A stretch of 63,985 bases of DNA, the filler included, from a bacterium (GTDB lineage Bacteria; JALSQH01): assembly GCA_027004335.1 (NCBI GenBank). It is 14 parts of 14 records of this genome, joined end to end, with 100 filler letters (N's around TTAATTAATTAA, not from the genome) between each part and the next. Parts side by side here need not be neighbours in the genome. Positions count along the whole stretch, not along the records: positions 29,092 to 32,614 come from JALTID010000114.1; positions 32,715 to 43,148 come from JALTID010000115.1; 12 more parts are not named here. The stretch is one strand, 5' to 3'. The notes beneath the pieces were generated by a model. It was not told where the DNA came from. It did no database searches and saw only the letters and a list, made by a program, of their open reading frames with translations. Position 1 is the stretch's first letter; every line of letters begins with the position of its first letter. Below are positions 32,124-41,498 of the stretch, in pieces. The position numbers and the translations under genes were made by a program.

Positions 32124-32614
32124 TCCGTTTTTTTAAGGCGTTCTTTCATTTTTTCAATAAGAGCTACCGCCCTTGCCAACTTATTTTTTAAATCTTCCGC
32201 CTCAGCTTCTGCTTTAGCCTGGATATCAATGCTTTTAACAAGACTTCCCTCCAGCCATAACCAGTTTATAACAATTCCAAAGATCAATCCAATGAATATT
32301 CCCCTATTTTCATCTAGCTCAGTATCTCCTTCTATCAGAACAAATCCCACTGGTTTCCCTCTTTTTTTTACTACTACAAGCTTCTTGCTTGAAACATCAG
32401 TTTCATTATACAAAAAATTTTTAATAGTCTCCCCTTCTGCGATGTCAGGATAATCTCCGCTGGTGGGTAGGTCCAATTCCTCAAGCTCATCTGGATAAAC
32501 TCCTTGAAAAGTTCTTGTCTGGCGTGACAAACTCCATATTTTTATATCTTCAAGAGAAAAGACATCAGAGATCTTCTTCGCAACAATCTTTAGCATCTCC
32601 TCACTTGCAGGTGT
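32120..32614 (-). CDS. Hypothetical protein, C-terminal fragment (GAF-like region plus coiled coil)
   Basis: Open to contig end; stop overlaps the argB start. Confidence 0.5.
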   Translation of the reverse strand, partial: TPASEEMLKIVAKKISDVFSLEDIKIWSLSRQTRTFQGVYPDELEELDLPTSGDYPDIAEGETIKNFLYNETDVSSKKLVVVKKRGKPVGFVLIEGDTELDENRGIFIGLIFGIVINWLWLEGSLVKSIDIQAKAEAEAEDLKNKLARAVALIEKMKERLKKTE

Positions 32615-32714
32615 NNNNNNNNNNNNNNNNNNNNNNNNNNNNNNNNNNNNNNNNNNNNTTAATTAATTAANNNNNNNNNNNNNNNNNNNNNNNNNNNNNN
32701 NNNNNNNNNNNNNN

Positions 32715-32982
32715 GAGAAAGATAAATTGAAATCTTACTCTCTCCTGAGGTAAAATTTTTCTTTATTGCTCTCGCCACAGGATCAAGTGTCATCAACATT
32801 CCTGCACCACCACCATAGATTTCATCATCAACATTCCTATACTTATTGGTGGAATAGCTCCTGATATCAACAAGATTAATCCTTACGACGCCACTTTCAA
32901 TCGATCTTCTGAGCATAGTTACACTGAGAGGAGAAATAAAATACTCTGGAAAAATAGTAAGAATATGAAAAATCACAGACAC
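32715..32982 (-). CDS. trmD: tRNA (guanine-N1)-methyltransferase TrmD, N-terminal fragment
   Basis: ILTIFPE, DIRSY, VDDEIYGGGAGM, IYLS; likely GTG start at 32976 or 32982. Confidence 0.93.
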
Positions 32983-33016
32983 TGCTATCTTATAAAAATG
33001 AGAGGAAGGCTCCTCT

Positions 33017-33256
33017 CTACTCAACTATCTCCAGAAATACTCTCTTATTCAGCTTAGCAGAGGCAGCACTGAGAATAGTCCTGATGGCCTTCGCAGTCTT
33101 TCCTTCCTTACCAATGATCTTTCCCAAATCCTCCTTTGCAACACGCAACTCAATAACAGTAGTTCTCTCGGCATTTACCTCATTTACTTTGACCTCGTCT
33201 GGTCTGTCCACCAATTTTTTCGCTATAAATTCCACCAGATCTTTCAGTTCGCTCAT
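33017..33256 (-). CDS. khpA: KH domain RNA-binding protein (KhpA/YlqC)
   Basis: [18 protein letters not shown]; follows rpsP. Confidence 0.93.
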   Translation of the reverse strand: MSELKDLVEFIAKKLVDRPDEVKVNEVNAERTTVIELRVAKEDLGKIIGKEGKTAKAIRTILSAASAKLNKRVFLEIVE

Positions 33257-33277
33257 TTTCCACCTTCCCGTTAGAGT

Positions 33278-33547
33278 TTACTGTGTGTTTAATTTTCCCA
33301 GTTCTTCTTTAATCTTAGCCTTTTTCATAAGGTCTTTTACAATTTTAGTAGGAATTGCTCCATTGTCAAGCCATTTTTTCAATTTTGCAACATCAAATTT
33401 GATCTCTGGTGGATCTCTTTTTACATCATAATACCCTAAAATTTCAAGAAACCTCCCATTTCTGGGGGATTCATCGCGAGCAGCCACAATTCTGTAAAAG
33501 GGCTGATCCTTAGCACCTATTCTCATAAGCCTGATCTTTACAGCCAT
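33278..33547 (-). CDS. rpsP: 30S ribosomal protein S16
   Basis: MAVKIRL, PFYRIV, LGYYD. Confidence 0.97.
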   Translation of the reverse strand: MAVKIRLMRIGAKDQPFYRIVAARDESPRNGRFLEILGYYDVKRDPPEIKFDVAKLKKWLDNGAIPTKIVKDLMKKAKIKEELGKLNTQ

Positions 33548-33570
33548 CTTCTGCTTCAACCTCCTTTTAT

Positions 33571-34913
33571 TTAAAATGGCAACATCCCACCCGGAAAGCC
33601 TTTAAATCCTTTCTTGTTTACTCTTTTCATCATCTTTCTCATTTCCACAAAGCTCCTCAGAACCCTGTTAACATCCTGGACACTGGTCCCGCTCCCCATT
33701 GCGATTCTTCTCCGCCTGGATCCATTTATAATTGAAGGATTACTTCTCTCTTCCTTCGTCATTGATTGTATAATTGCTTCAATTTTTTTCAATTCCTTAT
33801 CAGGAGGGATAGCATTTTTTACCTGCCTCATCATCTGTTTGGCACCCGGAATCATCTTAAGTAGATCTTCAAGTGGACCCAATTTCTTTATCTGCTGTAT
33901 CTGCTCAAGAAAGTCATTGAGGGTAAACTCATTTTTGATCATCTTCTCAGTCAGCTTTGCTGCTTTTTTCTGATCCAAAGCCTCTTGTGCCTTTTCAACT
34001 AGAGTGAGAATATCACCCATATCCAGGATCCTGGATGCAACTCTGTCGGGATGGAAAATCTCTATATCTTCAAGTTTTTCTCCTGTTCCAGCAAATTTTA
34101 CAGGTTTACCAGTAACTGCTTTTATAGAGAGAGCTGCTCCACCCCTTGTGTCTCCATCCACCTTCGTAAGAACAAACCCTGAGAGATCCAGCCTTCTGTC
34201 AAACTCACCTGCAATATTCACAGCATCCTGACCTGTCATGGCGTCAGCAACTAAAAGGATCTCTACGGGCTCGGTAACTTCTTTAATTTTTTCCAGCTCC
34301 TCCATCAGATCTTCATCAATATGGAGTCGGCCCGCAGTATCAAAGACGACAGTATCATAACCACTGAGCAACGCATATTCTTTTGCTTCATGGGCAATCT
34401 CAACGGGATCCTTTGATGGATCAGTATCAAAAACAGGTAACCTTGCTTTTTCACCCAGTACTTTTAATTGCTCAATAGCAGCGGGTCTTCTCACATCAAG
34501 TGGAACAAGTAGCGGGGAACGCTTATATTTTTTCCTGAGAAAGATACCTAACTTTGCAGCAGTTGTAGTTTTACCAGAACCCTGGAGGCCAACAAGCATG
34601 ATTACTGCCGGGGGCGCAACTGAAATAGTTAAGAGAGAAGTTTCACCGCCCATTACCTCAACCAACTCGTCATAAACAACTNNNNNNNNNNAAACTGCTG
34701 GGCAGGGGTAAGACTTTCAATTACCTCTTTACCCAGTGCCTTTTGCTTTACATCATCTACAAATTTTTTAACAATTCCATAATTAACATCAGCTTCTAAA
34801 AGACTTATGCGCACCTCTCGTAGAGCTTCCTCTATGTTGTTCTCTCTGATTTTACCCTGTCCCTTTATATAGCGGGCAACTTTGTTTAACCTTTCAGAAA
34901 GTTGATCAAACAT
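33571..34913 (-). CDS. ffh: Signal recognition particle protein Ffh, split by a 10-N gap at 34682-34691
   Basis: [32 protein letters not shown]-domain [11 protein letters not shown]. Confidence 0.97.
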
Positions 34914-34935
34914 CCCTTTTTAACCTCTTACCTAA

Positions 34936-34964
34936 ATGGTACCCAAAGGGAAAAATATTGTCAA
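34936..34964 (-). promoter_or_regulatory. Sigma70 promoter of the ffh operon
   Basis: TTGACA-17 nt-TACCAT on the minus strand. Confidence 0.6.
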
Positions 34965-35065
34965 AAACTTTTAAATAAAACTTCCCTTTTCTTTACAATC
35001 CAGTATAATTATTATATGAAACAAGTGAAGGAATACAAGGCACAGAATTTGCATATATAAAGAAA

Positions 35066-38000
35066 ATGAAAGAGAAGTTTTTTCTTTTTTTAACAATTGT
35101 TTTTATCCTCTCTTCCTGTTCGGGACACAAAAAGATCAAGACTCCAGAAACATATACCCTTAAAGATGTAAAAATTCTTTATGTGGAAGTTGGAGACAGG
35201 TATGTAAAAATTTCATGGGAACTACCGGATGATTCACATGTAAAAAAAATCCAGGTAAACAGAAAAGAAAACTACTCGATAGATGGTGTTACAGATGGAG
35301 TGGTGGTATACAACGATGATCTTACTACTTCAGTGTATGACAGATCTGTCAGCAACGGCGTCACCTATTTCTACAAGATTTTTACAAGCGACGGTAAAAT
35401 TTTTTCAAAGGGGGTAGAAATTAGTGCTACTCCAAACCCTCCTCCAGATATCACACCCCCGGCAGAAGTATACGATACTGAGATAACAGGAGGAAATGGG
35501 TATATAAAAATAAGATGGAAGAATCCCTCCGATTCGGATTTTGCTGGAGTTCTCATCGTAAAAAGAGAGGATTCCTGCCCTCAGAGTGAGGAGGATGGAG
35601 AAACAACCTATAGTGGGAAAGGCACAGAGGTAATTGATAGAGATGTGGAAAATTTTCACAAATATTGTTACAGGATCTTCACCTATGACACAAGTGGAAA
35701 TTATTCTTCCGGGATACTGCTCCATGGAGAGCCAATGGATCTAATACCGCCTCCAGAGATTCCTGTTTTCTATGCAGCAGCGGCATCTCAACAGGTGATC
35801 CTCAGCTGGATTAATCCCGATGATCCTGATTTCTATACTGCAGAAATTTTCAAGGACTCAGTCTTAATATATAACTCCTCAGGCACAGAGGAGGTTTATT
35901 TTGATAAAAGTGTTTCTCCAGCTACAACATATACATACCTCATAAGAAGCTGTGATAAATATAACAACTGTACAGCAGGTATTTCAAAAACTGTTACTAC
36001 TCCCACAGGGAAGGATCTAATTCCCCCTTCATCTGTTAAAAATTTTCAGGTTTCTCCCTATCCTCCTGGAAACGGATTGATTCTCAGATGGCAACTACCT
36101 TCTGATCCTGATTTTGCATTTGTTGAAGTTTATGTACAGGAAAATTCCTGTTCCACTTTGAGCAGAGGGATAAAAGTTTATTCAGGAGTATCCACAGGAT
36201 TCACAGATTTCACATGTACTGGGAATTGCCTTAATGGCGATAAATACTGTTATACAATATATTCAGTTGATGCCTCACTTAATTACAGCTCTCCAGTAAC
36301 TGGCGCAGGAATTCCACAGGATAGTGTACCTCCACCACCAGTAACAGATCTCATGGCAAATTGCAACAATAGTGGATATATAACCACCACATGGAAAAAC
36401 CCTGATTCCAAAGATCTATACGGTTATAAGCTCTTTGTTATAAATAGGAATTGCTTAAAGAATATTTATACTCCCCATGAGCTTGAAAATTCCTCTTCTC
36501 ATAGATACCCCGTCATCATTACCCCTGTTACGGATCATTTCACCGATGAGAATCCACCACTTCCATCAGACAGAGAGCATCTCTGTTATGCCATATCTGC
36601 CATAGATAGATATGGCAACATGTCAGCCGCTCCGGCAACTACCGTGGTGGTTCATGATAACATCCCACCAGGGAAAATCAGATCCCTCACAGCACAACCT
36701 CAACCAGATGGAAGTATCTACTTTACATGGAAATATCCCTCCTCTCCAGATGTAAAAGGAGTAAAAATACTTCGTAGAACAGCAAGAGGCTCAGATGATG
36801 ATTACTTCCTCCCATGCAGTGGTAGTGAAATTGCCTCGGTTTTCTACCCTGATTCCCAATTTCTTGATCAATCAATTCAGGGAGCTACAGGAGCTTACTA
36901 CAATTACACCTTCTGCGCATATGACGAATGGCAGAATTACTCCATACCATATGATATAATGGTTCGTTCCTACGACTCACAGCCACCGGGGAAAGTAGAG
37001 AATCTTGTCTATATCGTTGATCCCAATGGAAAAAATGTGTATATCTCATGGGACAATCCATCCGATCCTGATTTTGCCGGGGTATTGCTCCTTAGAAGGG
37101 AAGACGGATATCCAGTTTCTCCTACAGATCCTTTTTCAGAAAAACTTCTCAATGGTGAAGAGAATGATTTTACAGACTTCTCCGTACTTCCTGATCATAG
37201 ATATTACTATGCAATTTATTCATATGATAATAACGAAAACTACTCAGATGGTGTTAGCTTTTCCGTACTGGTTAAAGATATTCAACCCCCGGAAGATGTG
37301 AAAAATATAATTTTTCATGATCCAATCACTACCAATGTAATAACTCTCTCATGGAAAAATCCTACTGATGCAGATTTCAACGGAGTGACTATAATAAAGA
37401 ACTCCTCTCCTCCAGCCACCAGAAATGATGGCAAGATCATATACAGAGGGAAAGGTGAAGAAATAACTTTTTACCAGCCGAGGGGGGAATTAAACTTTTA
37501 TGCCTTTTACACATCTGACACCTCATTAAATTATTCAAAAGGTGTAACATCTGCATTTGCTCCCGCATGGATAACCGGGGTAACTGGAGGAAGTTATGGT
37601 GAAGATCTTTCCTTAACAAAATATGGGAAAAATATTTTCATTCTCTACTACTCTTCTGCTCTTTCACTTGGGATTATACTCGAGAAAAGAACTCTTAAAG
37701 GGGATCTTATCTTAAGAAAGACTTTATCAAAATTCGCCTCGCCAGAATTTCTTTCTATTGCTCATTCCAATAATTACATCTGGACCTTATTGGGCAGAAG
37801 TGATAGAGCAGAAATTTATAAGATCTCACCTGATGGTACAGTAATGAAAAAGAAAGCTATTGAAGGTCAATGGAAAAATGGAAAATTAATCTCATGCGGT
37901 AGCAGAGTTAATTTGATCCTATCATCAGGCAATTCTGCTGGAATTGTGGTAAAAATAAATGAAGACTTTTCTTCATCTTCATATCAGATACCGATTTCTC

Positions 38001-39370
38001 CAGAATTCTCAGCACTGTGCTACGGGAATCTAATTACCTACACCCATATTGACGATCAAATCCACCTCACCACTTTTTACAATGGAGACATTACTTCAGA
38101 AGTAGTAAGAAACTACGGTGGTTACTCACCTGAAATAACATGGGAAGAGGAAACATGGCGAATACTCTTCCAATCTTATTCACCATTTGAATTTTATACA
38201 TTATCATCCTCAGGGTATCAGGGGGAAATAACCGATGAAGGATGGTATCCATCATTCGTAAGTGACAGTAATTTCATCTTTTATAATCCAGATGAAGGTG
38301 AGATCTTCTACGGGAAAATCCTTACTGATTCTACATACTTAATCCCGATAGCCTCAATAGGGGTGGGATTCCTGAAATCCTTTTACTCCACCAGTATTAC
38401 AGGGGTAATTTATTCAGATATCAACACATACTCTCTCAATTTATTGACTTTCTCTTCTATAATTGAAAATGACAAGACTCTCATCAAGGGAAATTACTTC
38501 ACATACCTTAAAGCAGTATCCACCGATGCGGGGGATTTCCTTCTCCTGAAAGATAAAATGAACAACAGCTACATTTTTGATGTAGCAAACAACATATACC
38601 TTCCTGTAACCACCTCTACAGAAGATATTTCAAGCGCAGGGGGCACTTTGGATGAACTCCGCATCGGAGCTAATGGAAATTTATTTATAGTAAGATACTA
38701 TCCCCTGACGCAGACAGAAGAAGTACTTAAGCTCAACATAACAGGAGATAACGGAAAAATCTGTGTGAGTGATAAGATTATGGTTATTTATGATTCGGGG
38801 GGATCACTCTATGCAGATTCCATCACTTTCTCCACCGGGATAACTCAGAGCATCAGTCAAATACCTGTGGCCTTTAATTCATATTCTCTTTCCTGTTCTG
38901 CCGGGAAATTTTATGCAGGAATAATTAATGGGGGCACCGGGAATTACAATCTTTACCTCTACGATGTAAGTTCAGGCCCTGCTCTGCTCTGGCAGAAATC
39001 ACTTTCAACAAACTTTCCATTTGCATCAATCAGAAATTCTGAAACCTATATTGATGTTTTTGTGAATGACAATGGTATCTCGTGGTACAGGCTTGATAGC
39101 ACAGGTCAAGTAGTAAATTCATCCACAGTTTCAAACGGAACCATCCCCGCTTTATTCAATGAAAACAATTCCATGAAATACCTGACTTTTAAAGATCTCT
39201 ACTTCGGGGATCTATATTTAGGAAGATTTCTAAACGACAGGTGGTACTATGGTACAGTTGACACAATTGGCGATACAGGAAATTCGCCTTCTGTGATCAC
39301 AGGTAAAAATTTTGTTAAAATTTACTATATTTCAGATGGAGCCATTTATAGGGCACTTCTCCCCAGATAA
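35066..39370 (+). CDS. Large lipoprotein with about 8 tandem FN3-like domains and a beta-rich C-terminal region
   Basis: Lipobox LSSC; repeating DxxPPxx(V/I)...W.NP.D.DF.GV...Y.Y.I...D...NYS units. Confidence 0.85.
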   Translation: MKEKFFLFLTIVFILSSCSGHKKIKTPETYTLKDVKILYVEVGDRYVKISWELPDDSHVKKIQVNRKENYSIDGVTDGVVVYNDDLTTSVYDRSVSNGVTYFYKIFTSDGKIFSKGVEISATPNPPPDITPPAEVYDTEITGGNGYIKIRWKNPSDSDFAGVLIVKREDSCPQSEEDGETTYSGKGTEVIDRDVENFHKYCYRIFTYDTSGNYSSGILLHGEPMDLIPPPEIPVFYAAAASQQVILSWINPDDPDFYTAEIFKDSVLIYNSSGTEEVYFDKSVSPATTYTYLIRSCDKYNNCTAGISKTVTTPTGKDLIPPSSVKNFQVSPYPPGNGLILRWQLPSDPDFAFVEVYVQENSCSTLSRGIKVYSGVSTGFTDFTCTGNCLNGDKYCYTIYSVDASLNYSSPVTGAGIPQDSVPPPPVTDLMANCNNSGYITTTWKNPDSKDLYGYKLFVINRNCLKNIYTPHELENSSSHRYPVIITPVTDHFTDENPPLPSDREHLCYAISAIDRYGNMSAAPATTVVVHDNIPPGKIRSLTAQPQPDGSIYFTWKYPSSPDVKGVKILRRTARGSDDDYFLPCSGSEIASVFYPDSQFLDQSIQGATGAYYNYTFCAYDEWQNYSIPYDIMVRSYDSQPPGKVENLVYIVDPNGKNVYISWDNPSDPDFAGVLLLRREDGYPVSPTDPFSEKLLNGEENDFTDFSVLPDHRYYYAIYSYDNNENYSDGVSFSVLVKDIQPPEDVKNIIFHDPITTNVITLSWKNPTDADFNGVTIIKNSSPPATRNDGKIIYRGKGEEITFYQPRGELNFYAFYTSDTSLNYSKGVTSAFAPAWITGVTGGSYGEDLSLTKYGKNIFILYYSSALSLGIILEKRTLKGDLILRKTLSKFASPEFLSIAHSNNYIWTLLGRSDRAEIYKISPDGTVMKKKAIEGQWKNGKLISCGSRVNLILSSGNSAGIVVKINEDFSSSSYQIPISPEFSALCYGNLITYTHIDDQIHLTTFYNGDITSEVVRNYGGYSPEITWEEETWRILFQSYSPFEFYTLSSSGYQGEITDEGWYPSFVSDSNFIFYNPDEGEIFYGKILTDSTYLIPIASIGVGFLKSFYSTSITGVIYSDINTYSLNLLTFSSIIENDKTLIKGNYFTYLKAVSTDAGDFLLLKDKMNNSYIFDVANNIYLPVTTSTEDISSAGGTLDELRIGANGNLFIVRYYPLTQTEEVLKLNITGDNGKICVSDKIMVIYDSGGSLYADSITFSTGITQSISQIPVAFNSYSLSCSAGKFYAGIINGGTGNYNLYLYDVSSGPALLWQKSLSTNFPFASIRNSETYIDVFVNDNGISWYRLDSTGQVVNSSTVSNGTIPALFNENNSMKYLTFKDLYFGDLYLGRFLNDRWYYGTVDTIGDTGNSPSVITGKNFVKIYYISDGAIYRALLPR

Positions 39371-39371
39371 T

Positions 39372-39399
39372 TTGATAAAAGCCCTTTATCCAATATAAT
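39372..39399 (+). promoter_or_regulatory. Sigma70 promoter of gltX
   Basis: TTGATA-16 nt-TATAAT. Confidence 0.6.
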
Positions 39400-39419
39400 C
39401 AAGAAAAAAGGGGAAATAA

Positions 39420-40853
39420 ATGTCCGAAGTGAGAGTCCGTTTCGCTCCATCACCCACAGGATACCTGCATATCGGAGGGGCAAGAACAGCCATTTTCAAT
39501 TATCTCTATGCAAGGCATCATAATGGGAAATTCATTTTAAGAATTGAAGACACAGACATAGAGAGATCCAGCAAAGAATACACCCGGGCAATTCTGAGAT
39601 CAATGCAGTGGCTGGGTCTTGACTGGGATGAAGGTCCATATTTCCAGAGCCAGAGATTTGATATTTACAACAAGTATCTAAAAAAGCTTCTTGAAAATAA
39701 AACAGGGTATAGATGCTGGTGCTCACCCGAAGAGCTCTCCGATTTCAAAAATTCCCTGAGAGAAAAGAAACTAAAATTTAAGAAAAAATATATTGAAGAA
39801 ACAAATCTACACTGGCTCTCAGAAAGAGAGAATATCTATCCCGTGGTAATTGTAGAAACTCCCTTAGAGGGAACTATTACATATAAGGATATAGTGAAGG
39901 GTAATATAACCTTTTCTGCAAAAGATCTTAATGATTTTATAATATGGAGGTCAAATGACACTCCAATATACAACTTTGTAGTGGTAGTTGACGACAGCGA
40001 TATGGGTATTACCCATGTAATAAGAGGAGACGACCATATAAGCAACACCCCCAAGCAGATAATCATATATAATGCACTAAAACTGGAACTTCCCTATTTT
40101 GCCCACATCCCTATGATTCTGGGGCCAGATAAAAAAAGACTCAGCAAGAGGCATGGAGCAACATCTGTGGAGGCATATAAACAGCAGGGATATCTGCCTG
40201 AAGCACTTTTTAACTATCTGGTAAGGTTGGGATGGTCCTACGGAGATCAAGAGATATTCTCAAAAGATGAACTTGTTGGAAAATTTGATCTTGACAATGT
40301 GGGAAAATCAGCAGCGATTTTCAACCCCGAAAAACTTCTCTGGCTTAATGCCGAATATATTAAAAGTTCACACCATGCAAGGCTTTTTGATGAAATTATA
40401 GATAGAATCCCCGAGGAGGAGAGAAGCAAACTCCGATCCGATAGCAATTTTTTCAAGCTCATAGGACTTGTAAAAATAAGAAGCAGGACACTCAGAGAAC
40501 TCTATGAGAATTTGAAATTCTACTTTGAACCATATCCCAATGAGTATGACTCAAAGGGAGTAAGGAAATTCTTTTCCAAAAAAACGCTTTACGAGGCACT
40601 GAGAGCACTCTATAAAAAATTAGATGTGATGATCCATTTCAATGAAGAAAATCTGGAAAATGCTTTCAATGAAATAGCTACAGAGTACAATGTTAAACTC
40701 AGAGACCTTGCACAGTCTGTGAGATTGGCAATAACCGGGAAAACAGTAAGTCCTGGGATATTTGAGATCATAGAACTTCTGGGGAAACTCCGTACCATGA
40801 GAAAACTCCAATATGCCATTCAATGGATTGAGAAACACATAACATTTGAATAA
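39420..40853 (+). CDS. gltX: Glutamate--tRNA ligase
   Basis: RFAPSPTGYLHIGG, RIEDTD, RGDDH, LSKRHG. Confidence 0.97.
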   Translation: MSEVRVRFAPSPTGYLHIGGARTAIFNYLYARHHNGKFILRIEDTDIERSSKEYTRAILRSMQWLGLDWDEGPYFQSQRFDIYNKYLKKLLENKTGYRCWCSPEELSDFKNSLREKKLKFKKKYIEETNLHWLSERENIYPVVIVETPLEGTITYKDIVKGNITFSAKDLNDFIIWRSNDTPIYNFVVVVDDSDMGITHVIRGDDHISNTPKQIIIYNALKLELPYFAHIPMILGPDKKRLSKRHGATSVEAYKQQGYLPEALFNYLVRLGWSYGDQEIFSKDELVGKFDLDNVGKSAAIFNPEKLLWLNAEYIKSSHHARLFDEIIDRIPEEERSKLRSDSNFFKLIGLVKIRSRTLRELYENLKFYFEPYPNEYDSKGVRKFFSKKTLYEALRALYKKLDVMIHFNEENLENAFNEIATEYNVKLRDLAQSVRLAITGKTVSPGIFEIIELLGKLRTMRKLQYAIQWIEKHITFE

Positions 40854-40891
40854 GCCCAGTAAATCTGATATTATAAGTTAGTAATTACTTA
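40846..40891 (+). promoter_or_regulatory. Promoter and palindromic operator of the TetR gene
   Basis: TTGAAT-17 nt-TATTAT followed by the imperfect palindrome TAAGTTAGTAATTACTTA (40874-40891). Confidence 0.6.
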
Positions 40892-40904
40892 CAAAGAGGA
40901 AGGG

Positions 40905-41498
40905 ATGAAGAGATTAAAAAAAGAAGAAAGAAGAAAAAGGATCCTTGAGAGTGCTATAAAAGTATTTGCAAAGAAGAACTATCAATCAGCAACAACCGCC
41001 GAAATTGCTAAAGAAGCTGAGGTGTCAGAAGCTTTGATATATCAGCACTTTAAAAGTAAAAAAGAACTTTTCATCGCAAGTATTGAAGAAACTGCAGCCT
41101 TTTTTATTAATAACCTGAAAGGGATACTAAAAAGGCATGAAAATGATCCAGTTGAAGGTTTTAAAAGTGTATACAGGTTCTACTACAATTACCTTAGAAG
41201 TGACCCAACTCTTGCAAAAATGAGCCTTATGATAATTGCCGATGCGGACGATCCTGAGATAAAACAGGCACTAAAAAAATACCTTGATCACGCAGCCTTA
41301 ATCCTTGCAAAAGCGATCTCCAATGCCCAGAAAAAAAAATTGCTTGTTGATACATTTGATCCAAAGGCAATGGCATGGCTTTTAGTCGGCAATTACAATC
41401 TTCTTGCTCTCCTAAAACTCATTGACAGCCTGGATGCCTTTGACGAAAATTCTGTAATCAAAATAGTTGAACCCTTTGTAGAACAGAAAATTAACTAA
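40905..41498 (+). CDS. TetR/AcrR family transcriptional regulator
   Basis: ILESAIKVFA...ATTAEIAKEAEVSEALIYQHFKSKKELF helix-turn-helix. Confidence 0.95.
   Translation: MKRLKKEERRKRILESAIKVFAKKNYQSATTAEIAKEAEVSEALIYQHFKSKKELFIASIEETAAFFINNLKGILKRHENDPVEGFKSVYRFYYNYLRSDPTLAKMSLMIIADADDPEIKQALKKYLDHAALILAKAISNAQKKKLLVDTFDPKAMAWLLVGNYNLLALLKLIDSLDAFDENSVIKIVEPFVEQKIN

Noticed and set aside
34653..34913. Apparent frameshift or split in ffh
   Set aside because: The break coincides with a 10-N placeholder gap; it is an assembly artefact, not a pseudogene
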